Notes under the pieces: model-generated
What the model saw: the letters and a program-made list of their open reading frames with translations, nothing else
What the model was told of the DNA's origin: nothing
The model's database searches: none
Shown: positions 1 through 13,513 of the stretch, one piece after another
Layout: every line of letters begins with the position of its first letter
How positions within the stretch are numbered: the stretch's first letter is position 1
Translations under genes and position numbers: made by a program
Assembly (NCBI GenBank): GCA_951406725.2
Contig: OX597823.1
Span: forward strand, 118,162,621 to 118,226,620
Direction: 5' to 3'
DNA from: Octopus vulgaris
Taxonomy: Eukaryota
DNA length: 64,000 nt

Positions 1-669
1 GTACCTGTGTGCATGAGTGCGGACGTGTGTTTTCAGAATGTCACAGTTTTGAGGTCAACATATTTAAAACATAAATAGGTACGAGATAGCGTCTTTGCAT
101 GTATGTATATTCGTGAGTGCTGATGTGTGGGTATTTGTGCGTGTGTGAGCACAGTCCACCCATACCCAAGGTGGTTGCATTGTCTTATGGGACCCAGCTG
201 CGAAAGTTCCGGACCCCATTAATGAACTCATTTGCATACAAACAATTAGGGCTCACCTTGAACTTGTCCGGTTAATAAACAGTAGTGTCTGAATGGAAAT
301 TAGCTTGCTTAACTAACAAATGTTTCCGAGTTCGGTCCCACTGGGTGGCATGTTGGGCAAATGTCTTCTACTATAGTCTCGGGCCGACCAAAGCCTTGTG
401 AGTGGATTTGGGAGACTGAAACTAAAAGAAGACTGTCGTATATATATATATATATATATGTAGCATGGAAAACAGACGCTAAATGATGATGATGATGTAG
501 CAGTAAGAGTGGCTGTGGTATGTAGCTTGCTTTCCAAACACGGTGATTCTGGTTCAGTCCACTACGTGGCCCCAAGGGCAAGTGTCTTCCAATATAGCCT
601 CGGACAGACCAACATTTCTGAGTAGATTTGGTACACGGAAACAGAAAGTAGCCCGTGGTATATAGATAG

Positions 670-1439
<770 letters not shown>

Positions 1440-1728
1440 GGTATATATTGACAGATATATGTATATACATATAGATATTTAAACATATAAGGGATGGCCA
1501 TAATGGGACATCCGACTCACTAGAGAGAGCAGTTAAACTCCAAAAAATCGTAAAAGACTGTCATGTCTGAATATATTCGAGAGTTATTTCCCCTTGCATA
1601 TTATGATTTAAATAAAAGTAGTAACATTATGTTATCTAGTTATCTCCCTTCCGAGAGTTAATTTCCTTAAAATTATTTTATTATTGCAATAATAATTCTC
1701 TAAACGAGATATAGACAGTAACTGCTCC

Positions 1729-1999
1729 ATAACAAAAGGGACATTAGCCATTTGAATGTGGCTAGGGACAGGGCAGGGCGGTGGGGGTGTTACTGTTGCA
1801 TTTAGCCCCAGGCGAACATCAACGTCACCAGAAAGGCTTGACACCATCACGGCGTCCTCTATCCTGCAAAGGGCGCCGTGGTGGTGTCAAGCCTTTCTGG
1901 TGACGTTGATGTTCGCCTGGGGCTAAATGCAACAGTAACACCCCCACCGCCCTGCCCTGTCCCTAGCCACATTCAAATGGCTAATGTCCCTTTTGTTAT
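1729..1999. repeat. ~130-bp-arm inverted repeat (foldback/MITE-like hairpin)
   Basis: Left arm 'ataacaaaagggacattagcc...gacaccatcacggcgtcc' is the reverse complement of right arm 'gggcgccgtggtggtgtc...ggctaatgtcccttttgttat'; loop about 7-11 nt. Confidence 0.95.
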
Positions 2000-4699
2000 T
2001 TTAATATTGTTAAATTTTAATATTTAAGGGAAGTAACTGTAGAAGATACTTTGTAGTTATTTCCCTTAAGTATGTAGTTATCGTAATATACACTTTGTCG
2101 CTGTTAGACTCAGTTATTTCACTGTGACCATGGTGGAGCACCGCCTTTAGTTAAGCAAATCAACCCCATGAATTATTCTTTGTATGCCTATTACTTAATG
2201 TATAGGTCTCTTTTGCAGAACCGATAAGTTACGGGGACGTAATGTTCGATATACTGATTTAGTAGGTATTTATTTATTGTAAGAATTTCAATTATCATAA
2301 ATTATGGGCTTACTGTAAGATCCTCCGAGGGATAGTACTAGGTAACATTATTACTTATATATTTGTGGGGTGTAGTGAAATGTAAATGATCAGCTAGTCA
2401 ATGTTTATTTGAGGTGTGGGTGTTTGTGCGTGTGTGAGCACAGTCCACCCATACCCAAGATTGTTGTATTGTCTTATGGGACCCAGCCGCGAAAGTTCCG
2501 GACCCCATTAATGAACTCATTTGCATACAAACAATTAGAGCTCACCTTTAACTTGTCCGATTAACAAACAGTGTCTGAATGGGAATTAGTTTGCTTACCT
2601 AACAAATATTTCGGAGTTCAGTCCCACTGGGTGGCACGTTGGGCAAATGTCTTCTACTAGCATATAGTCTCGAGGCGATATTAACTATGTCTCGAGTCTA
2701 TATGATATAGCTTTTCAAATCCACAACTCTCGCGTGCTTTTCTCAGCAGTAAATATAAACTAGATAGATATTTATATATATATGTTTCTGTGTCCCTAAA
2801 ACCGCTTGACAACCGATGCTGGTATTTTTACACTCCAGTAACTTCGGGAAAAGACGACCAATAAATAAATTCTAGACTGTCATAGAGTAAGTCCTAGTGT
2901 CGATTTGCTCTAGAAAAGCGTGAAAGGGTGTGTGTCACGTCTGAATAATATATTCTAGAGCTACTTCATGTTATAATTTAATAAAAGTAAAATAATTATA
3001 TGTAAGGAAAGTAACTCTGGAAGATGTTATCTAGTTATCTCCCTTCCGAGAGTTAATTTCCTTAAATATTATTTTATTATTGTTAAATTATAAAATTCAA
3101 GGGAAGTAACTGTAGAAGATACTGTGTAGTTATCTCCCTTAAGTATGTAGTTATCGTAATATACACTTTGTTGCTCTTTGATTCATTCAGTTATTTCACT
3201 GTGACCATGGTGGAGCACCGCCTTTTGTCAAGCAAATCAATCCCAGCAATTATTCTTTGTATGCCTGTTATTTAATGTATAGGTCTCTTTTGCAGAACCG
3301 ATAAGTTACGGGGACGTAATGTTCGATGTACTGATTTAGTTGGTATTTACTTATGGTAACAGCTTCAATTATCATAAATTATGGGCTAGGAAAGATACTA
3401 GAAACTTTTTTGATATACCTATGGGGGCTCCTTGTGTGTGTGGGACTGTATTTATTTATGTGAGTGTGGGTATTTTCATTTCAGTGTTTGTGTGTGTGTG
3501 AGAGTGTTTTTATTTCTGTGTGCACGAGTGTGTGAGCGACTGAGTGTTTCTATTTGTTTGTGTGTGTGCGACACTTACAAATACAACAAACACTTTGACC
3601 ATTTGTAAGATACCTACATTTGAGATCACTAACTACTAAATGAAAATAAGTTCAATTTATTGCACCTTTAGTGACTTGAGATGTTGCTCATATTTTCCCA
3701 TGTGTCGACAATGTATTAATTTCACAAGTGGATGAAAAAAATTCTCATACTGGCGTGGAGGGGGCAAAATGCCCCTTTACATTCTGAATAAATTGTATGT
3801 TTGTGCTAGTTAGGGTTAGGGTTTTATGTGTGAGTGTGTAACTGCGTTTTTATTTCTGTGTGGGTGCGTATGTGTGTGTGTGACTATTTTCATTTCTGTG
3901 TGTATGTGTTTGTGCGTGTGTGAGTGTGTGAGAGTTTGGATGTGTAACTATTTCTCATTTCTATATGTGTATGTCTGTATGTTTGTGCATGTGTGTGTGT
4001 GAGTGTTTTCTTTTCTGTGTCTTCGAGTGAGTGCGTGAGTAGGTATGTAACTATTTTATTTTCTCTATTTGTCCGCGTGTTTGAGTGTGTGAATATGTAG
4101 ATGTGTATTTTCACTTCTCTGTGTGTGTTTGTGCGTATGTGAGTGTGTGAGTATTTTTTCAGTGTTTGTGTGCGTGGGACTGTTTTTATTTGTGTGTGTG
4201 TGAAAGTGTGTTTTGGGATTTTCATTTCAGTGTTTGTGTTTGTGTGAATGTTTTTATTTCTGTGTGTACGTGTGTGTGAGCGTCTGTGTGTTTTTGTTCG
4301 TTTGTGTGTGTGCGACAATTACAGCTACAACAAACACTTTAAGCATCTCTAAGATACCCACATTTGCAAATCACTAACTGCTAAATGAAAAGAAGTTCAA
4401 TTTATTTCGACTTGTTACAGGTTTTGTTTAAGTCCATAGATATTACTGGATTTCCAGTCAAGTCTAGTCAAGCAATTTGTCTCCTTTTTTGTTAAATCGT
4501 GTTGGAACTGGTGGATAAGAGTAGACAGTTTGGTCATTATCTTCGATTGACTGTTTTTGTTGATGTTTTTAACCGATGCTGGTGTGTTTTATCCTCTGTA
4601 TTTTAGCGGTTCGGCAAAAGAGAACAAGTTAGAATAAATACTAGGCTTACAAAGAATAAGTGCTGCAGACGATGTGCTCGACTAAAGGCGGCACTCCAG

Positions 4700-4740
<41 letters not shown>

Positions 4741-5043
4741 TAAATATTAGGGAATAAATCCAAATTTACAGGGAAAAAATCAGATTTAGGATTAAATCCA
4801 ATTTTATAGTAAAATATTATAAAATATTATTAGAGACAAAACCACTATTTTGCAAAACAAACAAGGAAAGACTTAATCAATACATAAAATTTTGAAACTG
4901 ACTTATTGGAAGTCCACCTGAAGATTGTCGATCAAGACAAGAAACAATTGTAGTGGCGGTTTTTTTGACTATTTATTAAAATTTTATGTATTGATTAAGT
5001 CTTTCCTTGTTTGTTTTGCAAATTAGTGGTTTTGTCTCTAATA

Positions 5044-5131
<88 letters not shown>

Positions 5132-5617
5132 CATACATAAAGATATACGTGTATATACCCACACACGCATATATCCTATCTAAAACAAAAAAGAAACTTT
5201 ATTATCTCCGAAGGGTGGTACTAGGTAACATTATTACTTATATATTTGTGGGGTGTAGTGAAATGTAAATGATCAGTTAGTCAATGTTTATTTGTTAAAG
5301 GTACCAGCAGATTAGTTGGTGTGCGCATGGTCGTGTCTCCTTTTGCAGGCGTAAAACGACCACACCTATTACAGAAATTACAATATGAAACGTATTATAT
5401 GACGTTTAGGAGATATTTTCAGCTATCTCCCTACTGAACAGCGACTTTTGTCGCTATTTGCTCTTTTACTCTCATTTACTTGTTTCAATCATTTAACTGG
5501 CCATGCTGAAACAACACCTACAGTCGAGCATATCGACCCCAGGACTTATTATTTGTAGGCCTAGTTCCTATTCTAACAGTCTCTTTCGCTGAACCTCTAA
5601 GTTATGGGGTCCTAGAC

Positions 5618-5670
<53 letters not shown>

Positions 5671-7197
5671 TATAAAAGTACGTAGTCGCACACACAGAAA
5701 TGGAAATACACACATCTAACCCTAACCCAGTTTCATCTCCCTTTGGCATTTAAACTTAAATATAAAAATGAATCTCAAACCAAGGAAAGTAACTCCCTCT
5801 ACATCTCTTACTTGACAAGAGTTACATCCGTTGATTGATACTAATATAATTTAACATTAAGATACGTAAATAGTATTTGAATAATAATAGGCTGGAATGG
5901 ATTAGGGTTAGATTTAGGTTTAGAAGACAATTGGACAAGATGCGAGGCAGTGGGAATGAAACTGAAACCATGTGGTTCGTAGGCAAACTACTTACCACAT
6001 AGCCATTCCTGCGCCGATATTCATATATACGACGGGCTTCTTTCAGTTTCCCTCTACCAACCCTACTCAGAATACATTGGTCGACCCGGGGGTATAGTTG
6101 AATACACTTGCCGAAGGTGCCACGCTGTTGGATTGAACCCAGCACATTGAGGTTGGTGAGCAAACACTCTCACACATGCGCGAGCGCAAACAGACACAGA
6201 GATGAAAGCACACATATTGGCTGACCCACACACTCACACAATTTCTTCAGAGTGTCACGGTTTTAAGGTCAACTTATTGAAAACATAAAATAGCTTTGCA
6301 TGTATCTATGTGCATGAGTGCGGAAGTGTGGGTATTTGTGCGTGTGTGAGCACAGTCCACACATACCCAAGGTTGTCGCATCGGCTAATGTGACCCACAC
6401 GCGAAAGTCTGTTTTACCCAGACATACACATACAGATATACGTGTATATACCCACTCACATTAATGAACTCATTTGCATACAAACAATTAGGGCTCACCT
6501 TGAACTTGTCCGGTTAACAAACAGTAGTGTCTGAATGGAAATTAGCTTGCTTACCTAACAAATGTTTCCGAGTTCAGTCCTACTGGGTGGCATGTTGGGC
6601 AAATGTCTTCTACTATAGTCTCGGGCCGACCAAAGCCTTGTGAGTGGATTTGGGAGACGGAAACTAAAAGAAGACTGTCGTATATATATATGTAGCAGTA
6701 AGAGTGGCTGTGGTATGTAGCTTGCTTTCCAAACACGGTGTTTCTGGTTCAGCCCAACTACGTGGCCCCATGGGCAAGTGTCTTCCAATATAGCCTCAGA
6801 CAGACCAACATTTCTGAGTAGATTTGGTACACGGAAACAGAAAGTAGCCCGTCGTATTTAGATAGGTGTATATATATATATCTATAATATGTATATATAT
6901 AAAGAGAGAGAGAGAGAGACATAAGTATATATTGACAGATTTATGTATATACATTTAGATATTTAAACATATAATGGATGGCCATAATGGGACATCCGAC
7001 TCACTAGAGAGAGCAGTTAAACTCCAAAAAATCGTAAAAGACTGTCATGTCTGAATAATATATTCGAGAGTTATTTCCCCCGCATATTATAATTTAAATA
7101 AAAGTAGTATAATTATATGTAAGGAACGTAACTCTGGAAGATGTTATCTAGTTAACTCCCTTCCGAGAGTTAATTTCCTTAAATATTATTTTATTAT

Positions 7198-7938
7198 GTG
7201 AATATTCTGCATAGGCACACACACAAATTTACATTCAATTTTCATTTACAATTCCACTTTTACGACATTGGTTGGACTGGATCTATAGAAGGCACTTGCC
7301 CAGGCTGTGGCACAGTGGTGTACCATAGCCTATTTTACATAAATCTCATCACACACTTTAGCTATAATTGTATGGATGACCCTACATAAACCCATCCCTG
7401 ATCAAGACAAATAGAGGAAAGCTAAGTAGCGCTATGTAAACAATGCCAGCATACAAAAAGAAAAAAAACACCAGCACATTTACATTCAATTTTCATTTAC
7501 AATTCCACTTACACGACATTGGTTGGACTGGATCTATAGAAGGCACTTGCCCAGGCTGTGGCACAGTGGTGTACCATAGCCTATTTTACATAAATCTCAT
7601 CACACACTTTAGCTATAATTGTATGGATGCCCCTATATAAACCCATCCCTGATCAAGACAAATAGAGGAAAGCTAAGTAGCGCTATGTAAACAATGCCAG
7701 CATACAAAAAGAAAAAAAAAACACATGCACAAGAGATGCAGCACGGACTTTGTCAGTGAACAGGTCGCGGATTTTAGCGACGAAAATATTTTGACAAATT
7801 AAACTTAAATGTTGAAGTGAATCGAACGGCTTTTGTGTGTTTCTTAAATGGCTTATAAACACCTTCCACGCTGCAATTGTTTTCGTTTCAGCACACGATC
7901 TCAAATCAAATTACTTGCTATGCGAGTACATATCCGTA
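7198..7938. mobile_element. Inserted segment with internal ~250-bp tandem duplication and a MITE/DNA-transposon-like end
   Basis: Absent from sibling units; 7228-7470 is repeated at 7478-7722; flanked by 'tattttattat' on both sides. Confidence 0.6.
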
Positions 7939-8710
7939 ATATTTTATTATTGTTAAATTTTAATATTTAAGGGAAGTAACTGTAGAAGATACTTTGTAAT
8001 TATTTCCCTTAGGTATTTCTTATTATAATATAGACTTTGTCGCTCTTTGACTCTTTCAGTTATTTCACTGTGACCATGGTGGAGCACCGCCTTTAGTGAA
8101 GCAAATCAACCCCAGGAATTATTCTTTGTATGCCTATTACTTAACGTATAGGTCTCTTTTGCAGAACCGATAAGTTACAGGGACGTAATGTTCGATGTAC
8201 TGATTTAGTGGGTATTTATTTATTGTAATAATTTCAATTATCATAAATTATGGGCTAGGAAAAATACTAGAAACTTTTTTGATAGACCTATTGGGGCTCC
8301 TTGTGTGTGTGGGACTGTTTTTATTTATGTGAGTGTGGGTATTTTCATTTCAGTGTTTGTGTGTGTGTGTGTGTGTGTGAGAGGCTTTTTTTTCTGTGTG
8401 CGCGAGTGTGTGAGCGACTGAGTGTTTCTATTTGTTTGTGTGTGTGTGCGACACTTACAAATGCAAGATGCACTTTGACCATTTGTAAGATACCCACATT
8501 TGAGATCACTAACTACTAAATCAAAATAAGTTCAATTTATTGCACCTTTAGTGACTTGAGATGTTGCTCATATTTTTCCCATGTGTCGACAATGTATTAA
8601 TTTTACAAGTGGATAAAAGAAATTCTCATACTGGCGTGGAGGGGGCTGATATTCTAACTGCGAGTTCAAAGCACCCAATGCCCCTTTACATTCTGAATAA
8701 ATTGTATGTC

Positions 8711-8878
8711 TAGTTAGTTAGTTAATTTGGCTCAAAAGCAAATAGCAAGGCCATGTAGGGGGACATGGAGTTAAGTACAGGGTGGTGTTCATCTAAAGAG
8801 TTCAGGCCACTTGAGGTTCAGGGAGGCTTTGAACAAAGCGGTCGTCGGCATCTTCACCATCTCGTCTGGCAGCTTGTT
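8711..8878 (-). mobile_element. Heavily 5'-truncated 3' end of the CR1 family found at 51.4-54 kb, with (AACT)n tail
   Basis: Near-identical to 51445-51603; interrupts 'gtatgt|ttgtgctagttaggg', which is contiguous in other units. Confidence 0.85.
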
Positions 8879-9763
8879 TGTGCTAGTTAGGGTTAGGGTT
8901 TTATGTGTGAGTGTGTAACTGTGTTTTCATTTCTGTGTGTGGGTGCGTATGTGTGTGTGTGACTATTTTCATTTATGTGTGTGTTTGTGCGTGTGTAAGT
9001 GTGTGAGAGTTTGGATGTGTAACTGTATTTTTCATTTCTATATGTGTATGTCTGTGTGTTTGAGCATGTTCGTATGAGTGTTTTCTTTTCTGTGTCTTCG
9101 AGTGTGTAGGTATGTAACTATTTTCTTTTCTCTATTTGTCCGCGTGTTTGAGTGTGTGAATATATAGATGTGTATTTTCACTTCTGTGTGTGTTTGTGCG
9201 TATGTGAGTGTGTGAGTATTTTTTCAGTGTTTTTGTTCATGGGACTGTTTTTATTTGTGTGTGTGTGAAAGTGTGTTTTGGTATTTTAATTTCATTGTTT
9301 GTGTTGTGTGAATGTTTTTATTTCTGTGTGTACATGTGTGTGAGCGTCTGTGCGTTTTTATTCGTTTGTGTGTGTGCGACAATTCCAGCTACAACAAACA
9401 CTTTAAGCATCTCTAAGATACCCACATTTGCAAATCACTAACTGCTGAATGAAAAGAAGTTCAATTTATTGCCACTTGTTACATGTTTTGTTTAAGTCCA
9501 TAGACATTAATGGCTTTGCAGTCAAGTCTCGTCAAGCAATTTGTGTCCTTTTTTGTTAAATCGTGTTGGAACTGGTGGATAAGAGTAGACAGTTTGGTCA
9601 TTATCTTCGATTGACTGTAGTTGTTGATGTTTTTAACCGATGCTGGTGTGTTTTATTCCCTGTATTTTAGCGGTTCGGCAAAAGAGAACAAGTTAGAATA
9701 AATACTAGGATTACAAAGAATAAGTGCTGCGGACGATGTGCTCGACTAAAGGCGGCGCTCCAG

Positions 9764-9821
<58 letters not shown>

Positions 9822-10334
9822 TACATACAGATATACGTCTATATACCCACACACGCATATATCCTATCTGAAACAATAAAGAAACTTGATTATCTCCGAA
9901 GGGTAGTACTAGATAACATTATTACTTTATATATTTGTGGGGTGTAGTGAAATGTAAATGATCAGCTTGTCAATGTTTATTTGTTAAAGGTACCAGCAGA
10001 TTACTTGGATGTGTATGTGTCTCTATTGGTGTGCGCATGGTCGTGTCATCTTTCGTAGTCGTAAAACGAACACACCTATTACAGAAATTACAACATGAAA
10101 GGTATTATATGACGATTAGGAGATATTTTCAGCTATCTCCCTAGTGAACAGGTTATAGACTTTTGTCGCTATTTACTCTTTTACTCTCATTTACTTGTTT
10201 CAGTCATTTAACTGTGGCCATGCTGGAACAATACCTTCAGTCGAGCATATCGACCCCAGGACTTATTCTTTGTAGGTCTAGTACTTATTCTAACAGTCTC
10301 TTTCGCTGAACCTCTAAGTTACGGGGATGTAGAC

Positions 10335-10383
<49 letters not shown>

Positions 10384-11374
10384 CACACACACACACACAT
10401 GTATATAAAAGCACGTAGTCGCACACACAGAAATGGAAATACACACATCTAACCATAGCTCATAGTTTATATATATATATATATTTTTTTTTAATAAATA
10501 AATGACTTGGTGAAAACAACAGTCAATATAAACAGGACCTCCGACAGCCAGTAAACTCTTGTAGAAATGTTAAGAGTACTCGCTTCTGTAAAAATCAGAG
10601 ATACCAATGTTTTTATTTGTGTGTGTACGTGTGTGTGAGCGACTGTGTTTTTATTCGTTTGTGTGTGTGCGACAATTACAGCTACAACAAACACTTTAAG
10701 CATCTCTAAGATACCCACATTTGCAGATCACTAACTGCTAAATGAAAAGAAGTTCAATTTATTGCACCTTTAGCGACGTCAGATATGCAAGTGTTAAGCA
10801 CCCAATGCCCCCCGTATCTACATACCTGGATCGGCCATAATTGGCCTCATTCGGAGATCTCTCGGGTGTGGAATATTTATGACTATAGAAGTTAACTTGT
10901 TACAGGTTTTGTTTATGGCTTAACTTTTGTAGATTTTGGGAAGTCCACAGATGTTACTGGCTTTGCAGTGAAATCTAGTCAAGCAATTTGTCTCCTTTTT
11001 TGTTAAATCGTGTTGGAACTGGTGGATAAGAGTAGACAGTTTGGTCATTATCTTCGATTGACTGTATCTGTTAGGGTTAGGGTTAGATTTTTTAACCGAT
11101 GCTGGTGTGTTGGAAAGCAAGTTACATACCACAGCCACTGTTACATATATATATACGACAATCTTCTAACAAATCCGTCTAACAAATCCAATCACAAGGC
11201 TTTGGTCGGCCCTGGGCTACAGTAGATTTTTCAACCGATGCTGGTATGTTTTCCTCCCTGTATTTTAGTGGTTCGGCCAAAAAGAATAAGTTAGAATAAA
11301 TACTAGGCTTAGAAAGAATAAGTGCTGCGCACGATGTGCTCGAATAATGGCGGTGGTCCAGCATTTATATATAC

Positions 11375-11379
<5 letters not shown>

Positions 11380-11413
<34 letters not shown>

Positions 11414-11422
11414 CACATAAAG

Positions 11423-11453
<31 letters not shown>

Positions 11454-11460
11454 CACATAA

Positions 11461-11499
<39 letters not shown>

Positions 11500-11540
11500 C
11501 ACATAAAGATATATATATATATATACATATACACATAAAG

Positions 11541-11573
<33 letters not shown>

Positions 11574-11582
11574 CACATAAAG

Positions 11583-11617
<35 letters not shown>

Positions 11618-11622
11618 TAAAG

Positions 11623-11655
<33 letters not shown>

Positions 11656-11709
11656 AATATACACATAAAGATATATATATATATATATATAATATACACA
11701 TACACATAT

Positions 11710-11746
<37 letters not shown>

Positions 11747-11833
11747 CATATACACATAAAGATATATATATATATATATATACATATACACATAAAGATA
11801 TATATATATATATATATATACATATACACATAA

Positions 11834-11874
<41 letters not shown>

Positions 11875-11881
11875 CACATAA

Positions 11882-11920
<39 letters not shown>

Positions 11921-11921
11921 A

Positions 11922-12002
<81 letters not shown>

Positions 12003-12003
12003 A

Positions 12004-12044
<41 letters not shown>

Positions 12045-12051
12045 CACATAA

Positions 12052-12084
<33 letters not shown>

Positions 12085-12087
12085 AAG

Positions 12088-12158
<71 letters not shown>

Positions 12159-12169
12159 TATACACATAA

Positions 12170-12212
<43 letters not shown>
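11380..12212. repeat. Compound minisatellite: 'acatatacacataaag' alternating with variable (AT)n
   Basis: Roughly 20 copies of the fixed core separated by (AT) tracts of differing length. Confidence 0.9.
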
Positions 12213-12214
<2 letters not shown>

Positions 12215-12535
12215 GATTAACTGTTGAAGTGGACGGACGTCTATTTGTTTCTCTCCCAAGTCAGTAGCAAGCTACACAGCTTCAAAACTAACTGACCTTA
12301 AATATATATATATTTGTAACCACCTGTTTGCCTACAAACCCGTAAGTACGTTTTCATTTAACTACAAATTGTTATATACACCTGTTTTTCTTTTAATATC
12401 CTCAAACAACCAAATAATCAAAAACTCACACCCTTAAGAGAGAACATTTATATATATATACACTTCTTTAACTCCCAAGAAAGAATATATATATTTTCAA
12501 AAATCAAAAGGAAAACAAACAAAAGTAAAACAAAC

Positions 12536-13513
12536 ATGACTAACTTGCAGGCCTGCGACAGACGAAATTGGTCTGATAACGAAATTGAAGTATCTTTCAA
12601 ACTGATAAGAGGCCATTTTGAAAAGCTTCTTCATATTTTCACAGTTCAAGAACAACAACAGCTAGAAAATCAGCAGCCACAACAACAACAACAACAGAAT
12701 GAGCCACTCCTGGTTCCCAGCACAATGGCTGACCCTGACATCGGTCAGGCACAACAACAACAACAACAGCCACAGCAACAAGAACAACAACAGCCACTCC
12801 TCAACTCTAGCTTACTAGACGATTCACTAAATGCCAGTATCTTTTCACCGCTCTCACAGCAACCACCACAATTATCATCATCATCACCACCGCTGCCACC
12901 ATCGTCTTCTATCACCAAAAATACCAACAGAAAACCAAATAAGAAACCACTACCCTCTTCCCCCACATCACCACCTCAATACTACTGCAGTAACAAAAAC
13001 TTAAAGAAACATAGGAAGCAGAATGCGCCCCCCATGGCACAAACAAGAAATCCCCAAATATGCCGCTATTCACTGCGCCAGAGACTCTGCACAAATAGTG
13101 ACTGCATCTTCACGCATCTACCCGGCACTAGACGCACTACCGGCCAAGGCCAAAGCACGCATCCCACAATAACATCAACACCACCAAATAGTAAATCGAA
13201 ATTCAAAACACACACAACTCGGAGTCCCAAAATTTGCCGGTATTCCCAACGTGAGAGAACATGTCTACTGAGTGACTGTCCCTTCACTCATCTTCCAGGG
13301 ACCCGACGCACAAACAGAAACGGGGCCTCAAGCCAACACACAAACCTGAATAACAATAAAAATAGAAACACACCATGCTGCAGTAATGCTGGTCCAGTCT
13401 TTTCAGGAAGACACAAAAACAACAACAACAAAAGTGGAAACTACAACCCTATCCAACAGTGCAACCACACCTCCAGCCAAAAACTGCTCCCTAAGCAGGA
13501 AAATTCTTTTTAG
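12536..13513 (+). CDS. LINE ORF1 protein: Q/P/S-rich low-complexity region and two CCCH zinc fingers
   Basis: 325-aa ORF directly upstream of ORF2; CRYSLRQRLCTNSDCIFTH and CRYSQRERTCLLSDCPFTH both fit C-x8-C-x4-C-x3-H. Confidence 0.8.
   Translation: MTNLQACDRRNWSDNEIEVSFKLIRGHFEKLLHIFTVQEQQQLENQQPQQQQQQNEPLLVPSTMADPDIGQAQQQQQQPQQQEQQQPLLNSSLLDDSLNASIFSPLSQQPPQLSSSSPPLPPSSSITKNTNRKPNKKPLPSSPTSPPQYYCSNKNLKKHRKQNAPPMAQTRNPQICRYSLRQRLCTNSDCIFTHLPGTRRTTGQGQSTHPTITSTPPNSKSKFKTHTTRSPKICRYSQRERTCLLSDCPFTHLPGTRRTNRNGASSQHTNLNNNKNRNTPCCSNAGPVFSGRHKNNNNKSGNYNPIQQCNHTSSQKLLPKQENSF

Noticed and set aside
3808-3822. Short 'gttagggttaggg' dimers (also ~8886, 11070, 41746)
   Set aside because: Only two units, copied as part of the composite repeat; too short to call telomere relics
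11380-12212. CRISPR-like repeat/spacer appearance (also the 34-bp array and the 16690-16980 repeats)
   Set aside because: No unique spacers, no cas genes, eukaryotic context
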